DNA of 64,000 nucleotides from Octopus sinensis (Eukaryota): NCBI RefSeq assembly GCF_006345805.1, contig NC_043018.1, positions 10,354,001 to 10,418,000 of the forward strand, read 5' to 3'. Shown piece by piece: positions 15,485 to 27,542 of this stretch (position 1 is its first letter; each line of letters starts with the position of its first letter). The notes under the pieces were generated by a model. It saw only the letters and a program-made list of their open reading frames with translations, ran no database searches and was not told where the DNA came from. The position numbers and the translations under genes were made by a program.

Positions 15485-15602
15485 CATTATTATTATTATC
15501 ACCATCATTATTATTATTATTATTATATTATTATTATTATTATTATTATATTTATTATTATTTATTATTTATTATTATTATTATATATTATTATTATTAT
15601 TA

Positions 15603-15646
<44 letters not shown>

Positions 15647-15832
15647 TATTATTATTATTATTATTATATTATTATATTATTATTAGGGCATCCAGCTGTA
15701 GAAACACTGCCAGATCTGACTGGACTGGTGCAGCTTTCGGGCTCCCCAGACCCCAGTTGAACCGTCCAACCCATGCTAGCATGGAAAGCGGACGTTAAAT
15801 GATGATGATGATGATGATGATTATTATTATTA

Positions 15833-15871
<39 letters not shown>

Positions 15872-15929
15872 CATTATTATTATTATTATTATTATTATTT
15901 ATTATTTTATTATTTATTATTATTTATTT

Positions 15930-15960
<31 letters not shown>

Positions 15961-15968
15961 TTATTATG

Positions 15969-16002
<34 letters not shown>

Positions 16003-16050
16003 TATTATTATTATTATTTTATTATTATTATTATTATTATTATTATATTA

Positions 16051-16102
<52 letters not shown>

Positions 16103-16229
16103 TTATTATTATTATTTATTATTATTATTATTATTATTTATTATTATTATTATTATATTATTATTTTATTATTATTATTATTATTATTCTTATTATTATT
16201 ATTTTATTATTATTATTATTATATTATTA

Positions 16230-16263
<34 letters not shown>

Positions 16264-16337
16264 TTATTATTATTATTATTATTATTATATTATTATTATT
16301 ATTATATTATTAATTATTATTATTATTATATTATTTA

Positions 16338-16368
<31 letters not shown>

Positions 16369-16413
16369 TTATTATTATATTATTTTATTATTATTTATTA
16401 TTTATTATTATTA

Positions 16414-16454
<41 letters not shown>

Positions 16455-16466
16455 TATTATTTATTA

Positions 16467-16501
<35 letters not shown>

Positions 16502-16655
16502 CATTATTTTTTATTATTATTATATTATTATTATTATCATTATTATTATTATTATATTATTAATTATTATTATTATTATTGTTATTATTATTATTGTTAT
16601 TTATAATTATTATATTATTATTATTATATTATTATTATTATTATTATTATTATTA
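15485..16655. repeat. Long (ATT)n microsatellite interrupted by a family B fragment
   Basis: Direct reading. Confidence 0.95.
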
Positions 16656-18586
16656 AGGCAGCAGAATCGTTAGCATGCTGGATGAAATGCTTAGTGGTAT
16701 TTCGTCTGTCTTCACATTCTGAGTTCAAATTCCACTGAGGTCAACTTTGCCTTTCAACCTTTTGGGGGTCAATAAATTAAATACCAGTTGCATACTGGAG
16801 TCAATGTAACCAACTTAACCCCCTCCCCCAAAATACTGGCCTTGTGCCAGAATTTAATATTAGCATTAGTTACATGTAGGCACCAAGCTGGCAGAATTGT
16901 AAGCACATCGGGCAAAATGCTGAGCAGCGGCTTTTTGTCCGTCTCCATGTTTTGAGTTCAAATTCCGGTGAGGTTACCTTTGCCTTCCGTCCCTTTCAGA
17001 AACAATAAAATAAGCACCTGTTGAACACTGGGGCTGATGTATTCAATTAACCCACCCCCCACCCACTTGCTGGCCTTGTGCTAAAATCTGACACCATTAT
17101 TGGTTAAGTGTGGTTAACAATGATTAACGGGATAAATATTTGCTGGTTGGGGCTAATAAGGGTTAACAGAGATTAACAGTGGTTGATCATGGTTAACAAT
17201 GTTTAATGGTGATTAACTGTGATTCATCATTATCATCATCGTATAACGTCCATTTTCCATGCTGGCATGAGTTGGACGATTTGACTGAGGACTGGCGAAC
17301 CAGATGGCTGCACCAGGCTCCAATCTGATCTGGCAGAGTTTCTACAGCTGGATGCCCTTCCTAATGCTAACCACTCCGAGAGTGTAGTGGGTGCTTTTAC
17401 AAGCCACTGGCACGAGGGCCAGTCAGGCAGTACTGGCAACGACCATGCTCAAATGGTGTTTTTTACGTGCCAACTGCACAGGAGCCAGTCCAGCGGCACT
17501 GGCAACGACCTTGCTTGAATGTTTTTCACGTGCCACCAGCACAAGTGCCAGTAAGGTGACGCAGGTAACAATCACACTCAAATGGTGGCTTTTTATGTGC
17601 CACCAGGATGGTGGCCAGTTTGTTGCTCTGGCAACGATCACGCTTGCATGGTGGCAACGATCACGCTAGCGATGAAAAGTGATTAACAATGATTAATTGT
17701 GGTTAATGCAGTTTAAGACAGTTCGTAATCACTGACAGTAGTTAAAACTGGTAAACAGTAATTAAGATTGATTAATAATCATTAAGAGTGGTTAAGACAT
17801 GGTAATAGCAGTTACCATAGATTAAGAGTAAATTGTAGTAGTTAACAGCCATTAACTATTTTATATAGGTTAAAACTAGTTAATAGTAGTTAACAGTTAA
17901 CACTGGTTAACAATCGTTAATAGTAATTAATTGTGCTTAGTAGAGGTAAATAGTATTAACATTAGTTTAACTGGTTAATAGTAACTAATAATGGTTAACA
18001 GTGGATAATGGGGGTTAGTAGTGTAAATAGAATTTAACACTGGTTAAAACTGGTTAAAAGTGATTAATATTGATTAGTAGTAATTAATAGTGGTTAGTAG
18101 AGGTAAATAGTACTTAACAGCAGCTAACACTGCTTAGCAGTGATTGAAAGTGGTTAATGATGGTTAAAAATGGTTAACAACGATTGAAAGAGTGAAGATT
18201 TTAAATGACTTTGTAACTCAACGCAGAAAATTATATGAATAAATTAAACAAAATTTGTTAATTAAGTCAGATGGTGTTTTATTTCTTATCAGTCTTTATA
18301 ATTTCTTCCTTATCTCTTGATTCAACCAACTTGATGGACTCTGGTTTGTTTGGTTTTGGTTTGGTCTGGTTCAATCCGGTTTAATTTGCTCTGGAAAATA
18401 TATGAACATAAAACATAAACAAACGTTGTTGGCAGGCTTGGATGAGTATGGTTAAGAAACTTACTTTGCAACCATATGGTTTTAGGTTCAATCCTACTCT
18501 GTGGCACTTTTGGCAAGTGATTTCTAATATAGTCCCAGGCCTTGTAAGTAAATTTGGTGAACTGAAACTGTGAGGAAGCCTAGCTA

Positions 18587-18623
<37 letters not shown>

Positions 18624-18696
18624 ATATATTGATAGAAATGGTAAGACAACAAAAGAAAGAAAGAGACCTCAATATTATGTAAATAGAGGAACTTAT

Positions 18697-18819
18697 CTGT
18701 AAATGTAATATGTGACAATTATTCAGTAGCCATGATAAAACTCCGAGTTTCCACACCGACCTCCAAAACTTGGAGTTTTATCATGGCTACCGAATAAATG
18801 TCACATATTACATTTACAG
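18697..18819. repeat. 54-bp-arm inverted repeat in a repeat family also present at 48650-49050
   Basis: ctgtaaatgtaatatgtgac...gtcacatattacatttacag. Confidence 0.85.
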
Positions 18820-18820
18820 T

Positions 18821-18852
<32 letters not shown>

Positions 18853-18879
18853 TATGTAGGAAGTAAATAGACACCTTGA

Positions 18880-19240
18880 ATTTTCAAAATTTCTGATCTA
18901 AGCGTCTTGATATGTTTTCAGCGGTGTTGAATTTACAATGTAATTATTCTTTTTCATTCCAGATGCCATTATATTTTTAACATTTGCGAAGAGTAACCAT
19001 GGTACGCACAAAACATTCAGCACAACTATCAGATTTTCAAAGTGGTTGTATTGTTGGGCAATTTGAGGTTGGATTTAGCCAATGAAAAATTACCAAAAAT
19101 CTTCAAATTCCTCTTGCTACTGTTAATAGAATTATAGTGCAATTCAAAAGCCAAGGAAAAGAATCAACAGATTCTTGTCCCAGCTGACCTGGGCCCTCGT
19201 AAAGGAAGCTTCGCTGTTTGAAGAGAATTGTGGAAAATGA
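18880..19240 (+). mobile_element. Tc1-like transposase N-terminal relic
   Basis: [55 protein letters not shown] (paired-like HTH). Confidence 0.75.
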
Positions 19241-19480
19241 ACCCTTTTGGGGTCGATTAAATAAGTACCAGTTATGCACTGGGGTCGATTAATTAAGTAC
19301 CAGTTACACACTGGGCTCGATGTAATCGACTTAATCCCTTTATCTGTCATTGTTTGTCCCCTCTGTTTAGCTCCCTGTGGGCAATAAGGAAATAAGGGCA
19401 ATGATGATGATTGTGATGTTTTCAGGGATAAAATAGTGTTACAGCATTTTGAATTTGCACTCATGTACTCAGTCTTAAAG

Positions 19481-19950
19481 TAGAAATGAAATATTAAGCA
19501 AAAAATAAATAGAAATAAAAATAGAAATGAAATATTAAGCAAAAAATAAATAGAAATAAAAATAGAAATGAATATTAAGCAAAAAATAATAGAAATAAAA
19601 ATAGAAATGAAATATTAAGCAAAAAATAAATAGAAATAAAAATAGAAATGAAATATTAAGCAAAAAAAAATAGAAATAAAAATAGAAATGAAATATTAGC
19701 AAAAAATAAATAGAAATAAAAATAGAAATGAATATTAAGCAAAAAATAAATAGAAATAAAAATAGAAATGAAATATTAAGCAAAAAATAAATAGAAATAA
19801 AAATAGAAATGAAATATTAAGCAAAAAATAAATAGAAATAAAAATAGAAATGAAATATTAAGCAAAAAATAAATAGAAATAAAAATAGAAATGAAATATT
19901 AAGCAAAAAATAAATAGAAATAAAAATAGAAATGAAATATTAAGCAAAAA
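19481..19950. repeat. 41-bp AT-rich minisatellite, about 11.5 copies
   Basis: Unit tagaaatgaaatattaagcaaaaaataaatagaaataaaaa. Confidence 0.95.
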
Positions 19951-20000
19951 TACAAATTTTGTAGAAATTTTAGATTAAAAAAAATTAAAATTACCTTTAC

Positions 20001-20006
20001 TTTATT
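20001..20006 (-). terminator. Polyadenylation signal AATAAA of the Cys-rich gene
   Basis: AATAAA just after the stop at 20026, followed by T-rich downstream sequence. Confidence 0.6.
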
Positions 20007-20025
20007 TTCTATTTGGTAATTGTCG

Positions 20026-20171
20026 TTAAAGCTTTTTTAAGCAACAGTTTGCACCATTACTACATGGAGGACCCATAAGGGGTATCCAGCCAGCTTTATC
20101 ACAAGTAACTGACAAACATCCAACGATCATACCAACAAGGTTTTTGGTAACGTCTGGACTCAAGCATTCCT
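20026..20171 (-). CDS. Terminal coding exon 4: beta-defensin-like six-Cys domain
   Basis: Acceptor ttctatttctgatttacag|AG (phase 1). Translates (K)ECLSPDVTKNLVGMIVGCLSVTCDKAGWIPLMGPPCSNGANCCLKKL*, with AATAAA 20 nt after the stop. Confidence 0.85.
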
Positions 20172-20302
20172 CTGTAAATCAGAAATAGAATTGGTAATTA
20201 ACAGGTACATATATTAATTAAAAGTAACATTATGTATTTCTATCACTAATTACATACTAATCATAGCAATGACTATAGACAAAAGGCAAAACAAATATAC
20301 TA

Positions 20303-20525
20303 GTGGTGGTGGTGGTGGTGGTGGTGTGGTGGTGGTGGTGGTGGTGGTGGTGGTGGTGGTGGTGGTGGTGGTGGTGGTGGTGGTGGTGGTGGTGGTAGTG
20401 GTGGTAGTGGTGGTGGTGGTGGTGGTGGTGGTGGTGGTGGTGTGGTGGTGGTGGTGGTGGTGGTGGTGGTGGTGGTGGTGGTGGTGGTGGTGGTGGTGGT
20501 AGTGGTGGTGGTGGTGGTGGTGGTG
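20303..20525. repeat. (GGT)n microsatellite in intron 3
   Basis: Direct reading; 1-nt indels break any single reading frame. Confidence 0.95.
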
Positions 20526-20699
20526 AGGGACTTTCTGCTTTACCATGCATTTGTATATTTGAATGCAAGATGGTCAACTGGCTGAGTCATTGGCTGAGTC
20601 ATTAGAGAGTCAGATATATTGTTGCAAATCTCGACTCTCTAAGTTTAAATCCAACTGAGATCAGTATTGCCTTTCATCCTTTTGGGAGTTAATAAAGTA

Positions 20700-20930
20700 C
20701 CAGTCAAGGTGGCAGAATCGTTAGCATGCCGGGCGAAATGCTTAGTGGTATTCCATCTGTCTTTACATTCTGAGTTCAAATTCCACCAAGGTCGACTTTG
20801 CCTTTCATCATTTTGGGGGTCGATAAATTAAGTACCAGTTGTGTACTGGGGGTCGATCTAATCGACTTGGCCCCTCCCCCAAAATTTCTGGCCCTGTGCC
20901 TAGAGTAGAAAAGAATAAAGTACCAGTCAT
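20700..20930 (+). mobile_element. SINE family C (tRNA-like head ggtgagctggcagaatcgttagc..gagttcaaattcc)
   Basis: Other copies: 10955-11170, 11841-12040, 12488-12695, 14845-15490 (several), 16656-16860, 16885-17095, 19240-19390, 21207-23800(-), 57970-58190(-). Confidence 0.88.
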
Positions 20931-21346
20931 GTCCAGGGGTCAATTATTTTCTTCCATTCATTATTGCTTTCTGTCTGGAAGAAATCAGTTATGATCAATT
21001 CTTGAGAGGAATGGGCTCCACCTGGACTAAAAGTCTCCAAGGTACACTATATGCCATGATGGCACTCCGTAACTCCATTAAGGAGTTGAGCAAAGCAAAG
21101 CATATATAAGTCTGTACCTGGACGTGTATGTCTATGCATGTATATACAGTGACATGTATTTATATCGATATGCATACTGACATGGTTCTGTATTCTTTTC
21201 TGCTCCAGGCACAAGGCTCGAAATTTTGGGGGAGTTGGGGCAAGTCAATTAGATCAACCTCAGTATGCAACTGGTACTTAATTTATTGACCCTGAAAGGA
21301 TGAAAGGCAATGTTGACCTTGGCAGTGTTTGAACTCAGAACGTAAA

Positions 21347-23750
21347 GACAGACGAAATACCTATTTCTTTACTACCCACAAGGGGCTAAACACAGAGAGG
21401 ACAAACAAGAACAGACAAACGGATTAAGTAGATTATATGGACCCCAGTGCGTAACTGGTACTTATTTAATTGACCCCGGAAGGATGAAAGGCAAAGTTGA
21501 CCTTGGCGGGATTTGAACTCAGAATGTAAAGACAGACGAAATACCTATTTCTTTACTACCCACAAGGGGCTAAACACAGAGAGGACAAACAAGGACAGAC
21601 AAACGGATTAAGTAGATTATATGGACCCCAGTGCGTAACTGGTACTTATTTAATTGACCCCAGAAGGATGAAAGGCAAAGTTGACCTTGGCGGGATTTGA
21701 ACTCAGAATGTAAAGACAGACGAAATACCTATTTCTTTACTACCCACAAGGGGCTAAACACAGAGAGGACAAACAAGGACAGACAAACGGATTAAGTAGA
21801 TTATATGGACCCCAGTGCGTAACTGGTACTTATTAATTGACCCCGGAAGGATGAAAGGCAAAGTTGACCTTGGCGGGATTTGAACTCAGAATGTAAAGAC
21901 AGACGAAATACCTATTTCTTTACTACCCACAAGGGGCTAAACACAGAGAGGACAAACAAGGACAGACAAACGGATTAAGTAGATTATATGGACCCCAGTG
22001 CGTAACTGGTACTTATTTAATTGACCCCAGAAGGATGAAAGGCAAAGTTGACCTTGGCGGATTTGAACTCAGAATGTAAAGACAGACGAAATACCTATTT
22101 CTTTACTACCCACAAGGGGCTAAACACAGAGAGGACAAACAAGGACAGACAAACGGATTAAGTAGATTATATGGACCCCAGTGCGTAACTGGTACTTATT
22201 TAATTGACCCCAGAAGGATGAAAGGCAAAGTTGACCTTGGCGGGATTTGAACTCAGAATGTAAAGACAGACGAAATACCTATTTCTTTACTACCCACAAG
22301 GGGCTAAACACAGAGAGGACAAACAAGGACAGACAAACGGATTAAGTAGATTATATGGACCCCAGTGCGTAACTGGTACTTATTTAATTGACCCCAGAAG
22401 GATGAAAGGCAAAGTTGACCTTGGCGGGATTTGAACTCAGAATGTAAAGACAGACGAAATACCTATTTCTTTACTACCCACAAGGGGCTAAACACAGAGA
22501 GGACAAACAAGGACAGACAAACGGATTAAGTAGATTATATGGACCCCAGTGCGTAACTGGTACTTATTTAATTGACCCCAGAAGGATGAAAGGCAAAGTT
22601 GACCTTGGCGGGATTTGAACTCAGAATGTAAAGACAGACGAAATACCTATTTCTTTACTACCCACAAGGGGCTAAACACAGAGAGGACAAACAAGGACAG
22701 ACAAACGGATTAAGTAGATTATATGGACCCCAGTGCGTAACTGGTACTTATTTAATTGACCCCAGAAGGATGAAAGGCAAAGTTGACCTTGGCGGGATTT
22801 GAACTCAGAATGTAAAGACAGACGAAATACCTATTTCTTTACTACCCACAAGGGGCTAAACACAGAGAGGACAAACAAGGACAGACAAACAGATTAAGTA
22901 GATTATATGGACCCCAGTGCGTAACTGGTACTTATTTAATTGACCCCAGAAGGATGAAAGGCAAAGTTGACCTTGGCGGGATTTGAACTCAGAATGTAAA
23001 GACAGACGAAATACCTATTTCTTTACTACCCACAAGGGGCTAAACACAGAGAGGACAAACAAGGACAGACAAACGGATTAAGTAGATTATATGGACCCCA
23101 GTGCGTAACTGGTACTTATTTAATTGACCCCAGAAGGATGAAAGGCAAAGTTGACCTTGGCGGGATTTGAACTCAGAATGTAAAGACAGACGAAATACCT
23201 ATTTCTTTACTACCCACAAGGGGCTAAACACAGAGAGGACAAACAAGGACAGACAAACGGATTAAGTAGATTATATGGACCCCAGTGCGTAACTGGTACT
23301 TATTTAATTGACCCCAGAAGGATGAAAGGCAAAGTTGACCTTGGCGGGATTTGAACTCAGAATGTAAAGACAGACGAAATACCTATTTCTTTACTACCCA
23401 CAAGGGGCTAAACACAGAGAGGACAAACAAGGACAGACAAACGGATTAAGTAGATTATATGGACCCCAGTGCGTAACTGGTACTTATTTAATTGACCCCA
23501 GAAGGATGAAAGGCAAAGTTGACCTTGGCGGGATTTGAACTCAGAATGTAAAGACAGACGAAATACCTATTTCTTTACTACCCACAAGGGGCTAAACACA
23601 GAGAGGACAAACAAGGACAGACAAACGGATTAAGTAGATTATATGGACCCCAGTGCGTAACTGGTACTTATTTAATTGACCCCGGAAGGATGAAAGGCAA
23701 AGTTGACCTTGGCGGGATTTGAACTCAGAACGTAAAGACAGACGAAATAC
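21347..23750. repeat. Tandem array of 13 near-identical 183-184-bp units derived from SINE family C
   Basis: Unit starts at 21347, 21531, 21715, 21898, 22081, 22265, 22449, 22633, 22817, 23001, 23185, 23369 and 23553, with a partial unit at 23737. Confidence 0.97.
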
Positions 23751-24814
23751 TGCTAAGCATTTCGCCCATCATGCTAATGTTTCTGCCAGCTTGCTGACTT
23801 GTTCTATGTTGATGCACGGATATATTGGCAGTGAAGACACGTGGATTAGGGTATTCAGTTCATGATTGCAAGGTTGTGAGTTCAATTTCTAATGATGCAT
23901 TGTGTTCTTGAGCAAGACATTTTATTTCATGTTGCTCCAGTCCACTCAGCTAGCAAAAATGGGCAGCACCTGTATTTCAAAGGGCCAGTTTTGTTACACT
24001 CTGTCTCATGCTGAATCTTCCTGAGAACAACATGAAGGGTACACAAGTCTCTGGAGTACTCAGCCACATGCATGTTAATTTCACAAGCAGGAGATTGTTC
24101 TTTTGATCAGATCAACTGGGACATCATCATCATAACTGATGGAGTGCTAATATATTGGCCTGTATCTTTAGTGTATATACCTTGAATGTTGATATACATA
24201 CACGTTATCATAGATGTATATTGACTGACTGAATTATTTTTTCAATGATGACCTATTATATGGTAATTAAAGTATTTTAGCCTGTTAACTGTTGGAAATG
24301 TTTAAATAAATATCAATGAAAATGTCTATGAGAACTTACCAATTCCTGTCTTTTGTTCAAAATTGCTAAAAGCAACAATAGGATGTGAAATTTCTCAAAG
24401 AAACAAAGATAACATCTTGACATTATTGTATTGAGATGCATGTTCTGCATTGAACAAATTGGCTTCATAATTGTTAGTATTAACATCATTTAAATTCTAA
24501 ATGTATTTGGATAGGGTGGTAGCAAAGCATCTTCCAAAGTATCTGAATGCATACCTATGTTGTGAGAATCTACTCTTAAACAGATTTTTAGTAAGCCCTT
24601 TAAAGCTTTTTGCATCATTGTTATTTACAAAAGAGTTCTTAATTCAATGAACTAATGCCTTAGACAAACACATGCCACTGAGGAGGCAGATATTGAGTTG
24701 GTACCTGGTATCACATCTGGTATCATATCACAATCACATCTGGTATCATATTTAATGTCACATCTGGTGTCACATCCAATACTTCAAAACCATGTCAAAA
24801 CAAAAGGAACTTAC

Positions 24815-25057
24815 TTTGTGCTGGTGTTGTTGGTGCTGGGGCTGTAGTTGTCGGAACAGTTGTCGGAACAGTTGTTGGAACAGTTGTTGGAACAGTTGTT
24901 GGAACAGTAGTTGTTGGTGCTGGGGTTGTTGTTGGTGGTGCTGCCCTTTCGACGCAGTGAAGTACGTTGTTTATGAAACACATTTCTACCAAAAGTTCGT
25001 TGTTGCAGTTTGGTGCAGTTTTGGTGCAAGACATATTTGGCAAGTAACAACTGGGGC
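24815..25057 (-). CDS. Coding exon 3: six-Cys module 2 plus Thr/Pro mucin-like stalk
   Basis: Acceptor ttttttttattccag|GC, donor CAA A|gtaagt; 243 nt, phase 1-1. Translates (C)PSCYLPNMSCTKTAPNCNNELLVEMCFINNVLHCVERAAPPTTTPAPTTT(VPTT)5TAPAPTTPAQ and is homologous to exon 2. Confidence 0.9.
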
Positions 25058-25140
25058 CTGGAATAAAAAAAAATAACATCATCATTAGGGTCATCATTGT
25101 TGCCATCATCATCATCGCCAGCTCCACTAACTTCTACCAC

Positions 25141-25176
<36 letters not shown>

Positions 25177-25456
25177 TAGTAGTAGTAGTAGTAGTAGTAG
25201 CATTAGCAGCAGCAGCAGCAGCAGTAGTAGTATCAGCAGCAGTAGTAGTAGTAGTAGCAGTAGTAGTAGTAGTAGTAGTTGTAGTAGTCTATATAACATA
25301 GCACCAGTGTTGATAAACATTGGTGATGTGGAGAAATGAGACTTGCACGTGCATTCATGGGAAACTGCCAGTCTTCTTTAAAAGATTGTGTCCAGGCCTG
25401 CATCTGCATGTGCAAACGAATGGTCAACCTTGACCAACAGGAACCCTAGATATATA

Positions 25457-26907
25457 CGAGGGAGTACCCCAAAGAAACCGGAATTTTGCTATATTCTTTC
25501 ATTCACTTAGTTTTACATGTTTACACTTTTACCACATTCAAAGAATTCTCCATTTGAAGCCCTGCATTGGTCCAGACACATTTTCCACTGTTCGAAGCAG
25601 TCCAGGATCTCTTGGGAAGTGATGCCTTTTAACACCTCTGTTAGGAAGGGCATCCAGCTGTAGAAACTCTGCCAGATCAGATTGGAGCCTGGTACAGCCA
25701 TCTGGTTCACCAGTCCTCAGTCAAAATCGTCCAACCCATGCTAGCATGGAAAGCGGACGTTAAACGATGATGATGATGATGATGATTTTTTTCTTCACCT
25801 CTTCCACATCTGCAAAGTGTTTTCCTTTAAAGACTTTTTTTCCATTTGGGGGAACAAAAAAAAGTCAGAGGGAGAAAGATTGGGTGAATAGGGAGGGTGG
25901 GTAAGTGGGGGTCATGCCATTTTGGGTCAAGAACTGTCTCACTCTCAAGGTGACATGCACAGGAGCGTTGCCGTAATGAAACCACCACTCTCCACTTTGT
26001 CACCGGTCAGGGCATTTTCGTTCCACCACATCTTACAAATGCTTCACAACTGCTAAGTAAAACGTTTGGTCAACAGTTTGACCAGGAGGAACAAATTCGG
26101 TGTAGACCATTCCGTTTGCATTGATGAGGCAAATCAGTAGCATCTTGATGTTGGACTTCACTTGGCACTCTTTTACAGGAGCGTGATGACATTGGACGCT
26201 TCCATTGACTTGATTGCTGCTTCGTTTCCAGGTCATAACCATAGCACCAGCTTTCATCACCCGTGATGATCTTTGAATAAAAAGATCTGGATCAACTTCC
26301 CACTGTTCTTTCAGTTCATGAAATGCATTCAGCCATGACTGCATTCGATCTTCCATGAGCAAGCAAGGCACAAATATTGTTGCAACTCTTTCCATTCACA
26401 ATTCCTCACACAAAATTCATTGGCAGGAGCACCAGGACACAGCAGTCATATCATCCAGTTCATCAATTATTCAGTGATGGTCCTCCAAGATCAGTTCATG
26501 AATTTTCCTGATGTCTCCATTCATTCACAAGGTCAGCGGTCGCCCTGAATGAGGGTGTTCTTCAAGCGACAAGTGGCCATTCCTAAAGTGTGAAAAACAC
26601 TTGTAAACTTGTTTTGCCCATGGCAGTGCCCTTGTAAGTTGTTTGAGGCATGACAACTGTTTCAGCCACCATTTTTCCCAGCAGCAAACAGAATTTCATG
26701 GAAGCATGCTGCTCCTTTGTTTCGGTCATCGCAAAACTCGATGAACAGGGAAGAAGCACTACAAAACAAAGACACACCACGTGACAGTACAACTTCAAAT
26801 GACACCACCAGAGAGCAGACTGATGCCTGAGGGTCGCATCAAGTAGCTTCTAGTGACAGAAGCCTGAACTACAATGGGCTTTCCTACAGACGTTTCTGGT
26901 TACACGA
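25457..26907 (-). mobile_element. Degenerate mariner element filling most of intron 2
   Basis: TA-CGAGGG TIR at 25457. Transposase remnants: KEQHASMKFC..GK, GDESW-like region, EFVPPGQTVDQTFYL, THPPYSPNLSPSDFFLFP. SINE inserted at ~25643-25785. Confidence 0.85.
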
Positions 26908-27425
26908 TGGGCTTCTTTCAGTTTCCGTTTACCAAATCCACTCACAGGGCTTTGGTCAGCCCAAGGCTACAGTAGAAGACACTTAGGGTATATGTATGTA
27001 TCATCATCATCATCATCATCATCATCATTTAGCGGAGAGCAGACGCTAAATGAGGATGATGATGATGATGATGATGATACATACATATATGTGTGGCACC
27101 TTGGGCAAGTGTCTTCTACTGTAGCCTTGGGCCGATCAAAGCCCTGTGAGTGGATTTGGCAAACGGAAACTGAAAGAAGCCCATCGTGTAACCAGTGTTT
27201 GTCCCTACTCTAATGTTGGTGTGCTTATGTCCACATCACTTAGCAGTTTGGCAAAAAGAGACCGATAGAATAAGTACTAGGCTTACAAAGAATAAGCCCT
27301 GGGGTTGATTTGTTCGACTAAAGGTGGTGCTCCAGCATGGCCGCAGTCAAATGACTGAAACAAGCAAAAGAATAAAAGAATAAAAAATCTGAAGTAAAAC
27401 TAAAAAGCAAGATTGAACTACTTAC

Positions 27426-27542
27426 ACATTTTAGGTTCAATACAGAGGAAGACCCCATTCTGGTAGCAGTAACCCTTCACGTAGGGAGTGCAGTTTGGGG
27501 ACGATTTACTGCAGTCAAACATGCCTGTGTAGCAGTCATTAC
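27426..27542 (-). CDS. Coding exon 2: six-Cys module 1
   Basis: Acceptor ttttcttttcttctcaag|GT, donor ATG T|gtaagt; 117 nt, phase 1-1. Translates (C)NDCYTGMFDCSKSSPNCTPYVKGYCYQNGVFLCIEPKM. Confidence 0.88.

Noticed and set aside
20250-20577. Poly-Thr/Pro/His ORFs with a hydrophobic tail as an extra mucin or GPI-anchor exon
   Set aside because: (GGT)n tract with frameshifting 1-nt indels and no polypyrimidine acceptor; exon 3 splices cleanly to exon 4.
21040-21120. Minus-strand (G)TDLYMLCFAQLLNGVTECHHGI* with NGV..C similarity to the modules
   Set aside because: Weak acceptor, only two Cys and an early stop; most likely chance.
21347-23750. CRISPR-like regular array
   Set aside because: Whole 184-bp units are identical with no unique spacers, units derive from a SINE, and the context is eukaryotic.
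24335-24365. Possible micro-exon with gtaagt donor in intron 3
   Set aside because: 26 nt and not phase-symmetric; it would frameshift the terminal exon.
24795-25127. Stand-alone 110-aa ORF
   Set aside because: Its N-terminus is (GAT)n intron sequence and its end runs through a gtaagt donor; only 24815-25057 is exonic.
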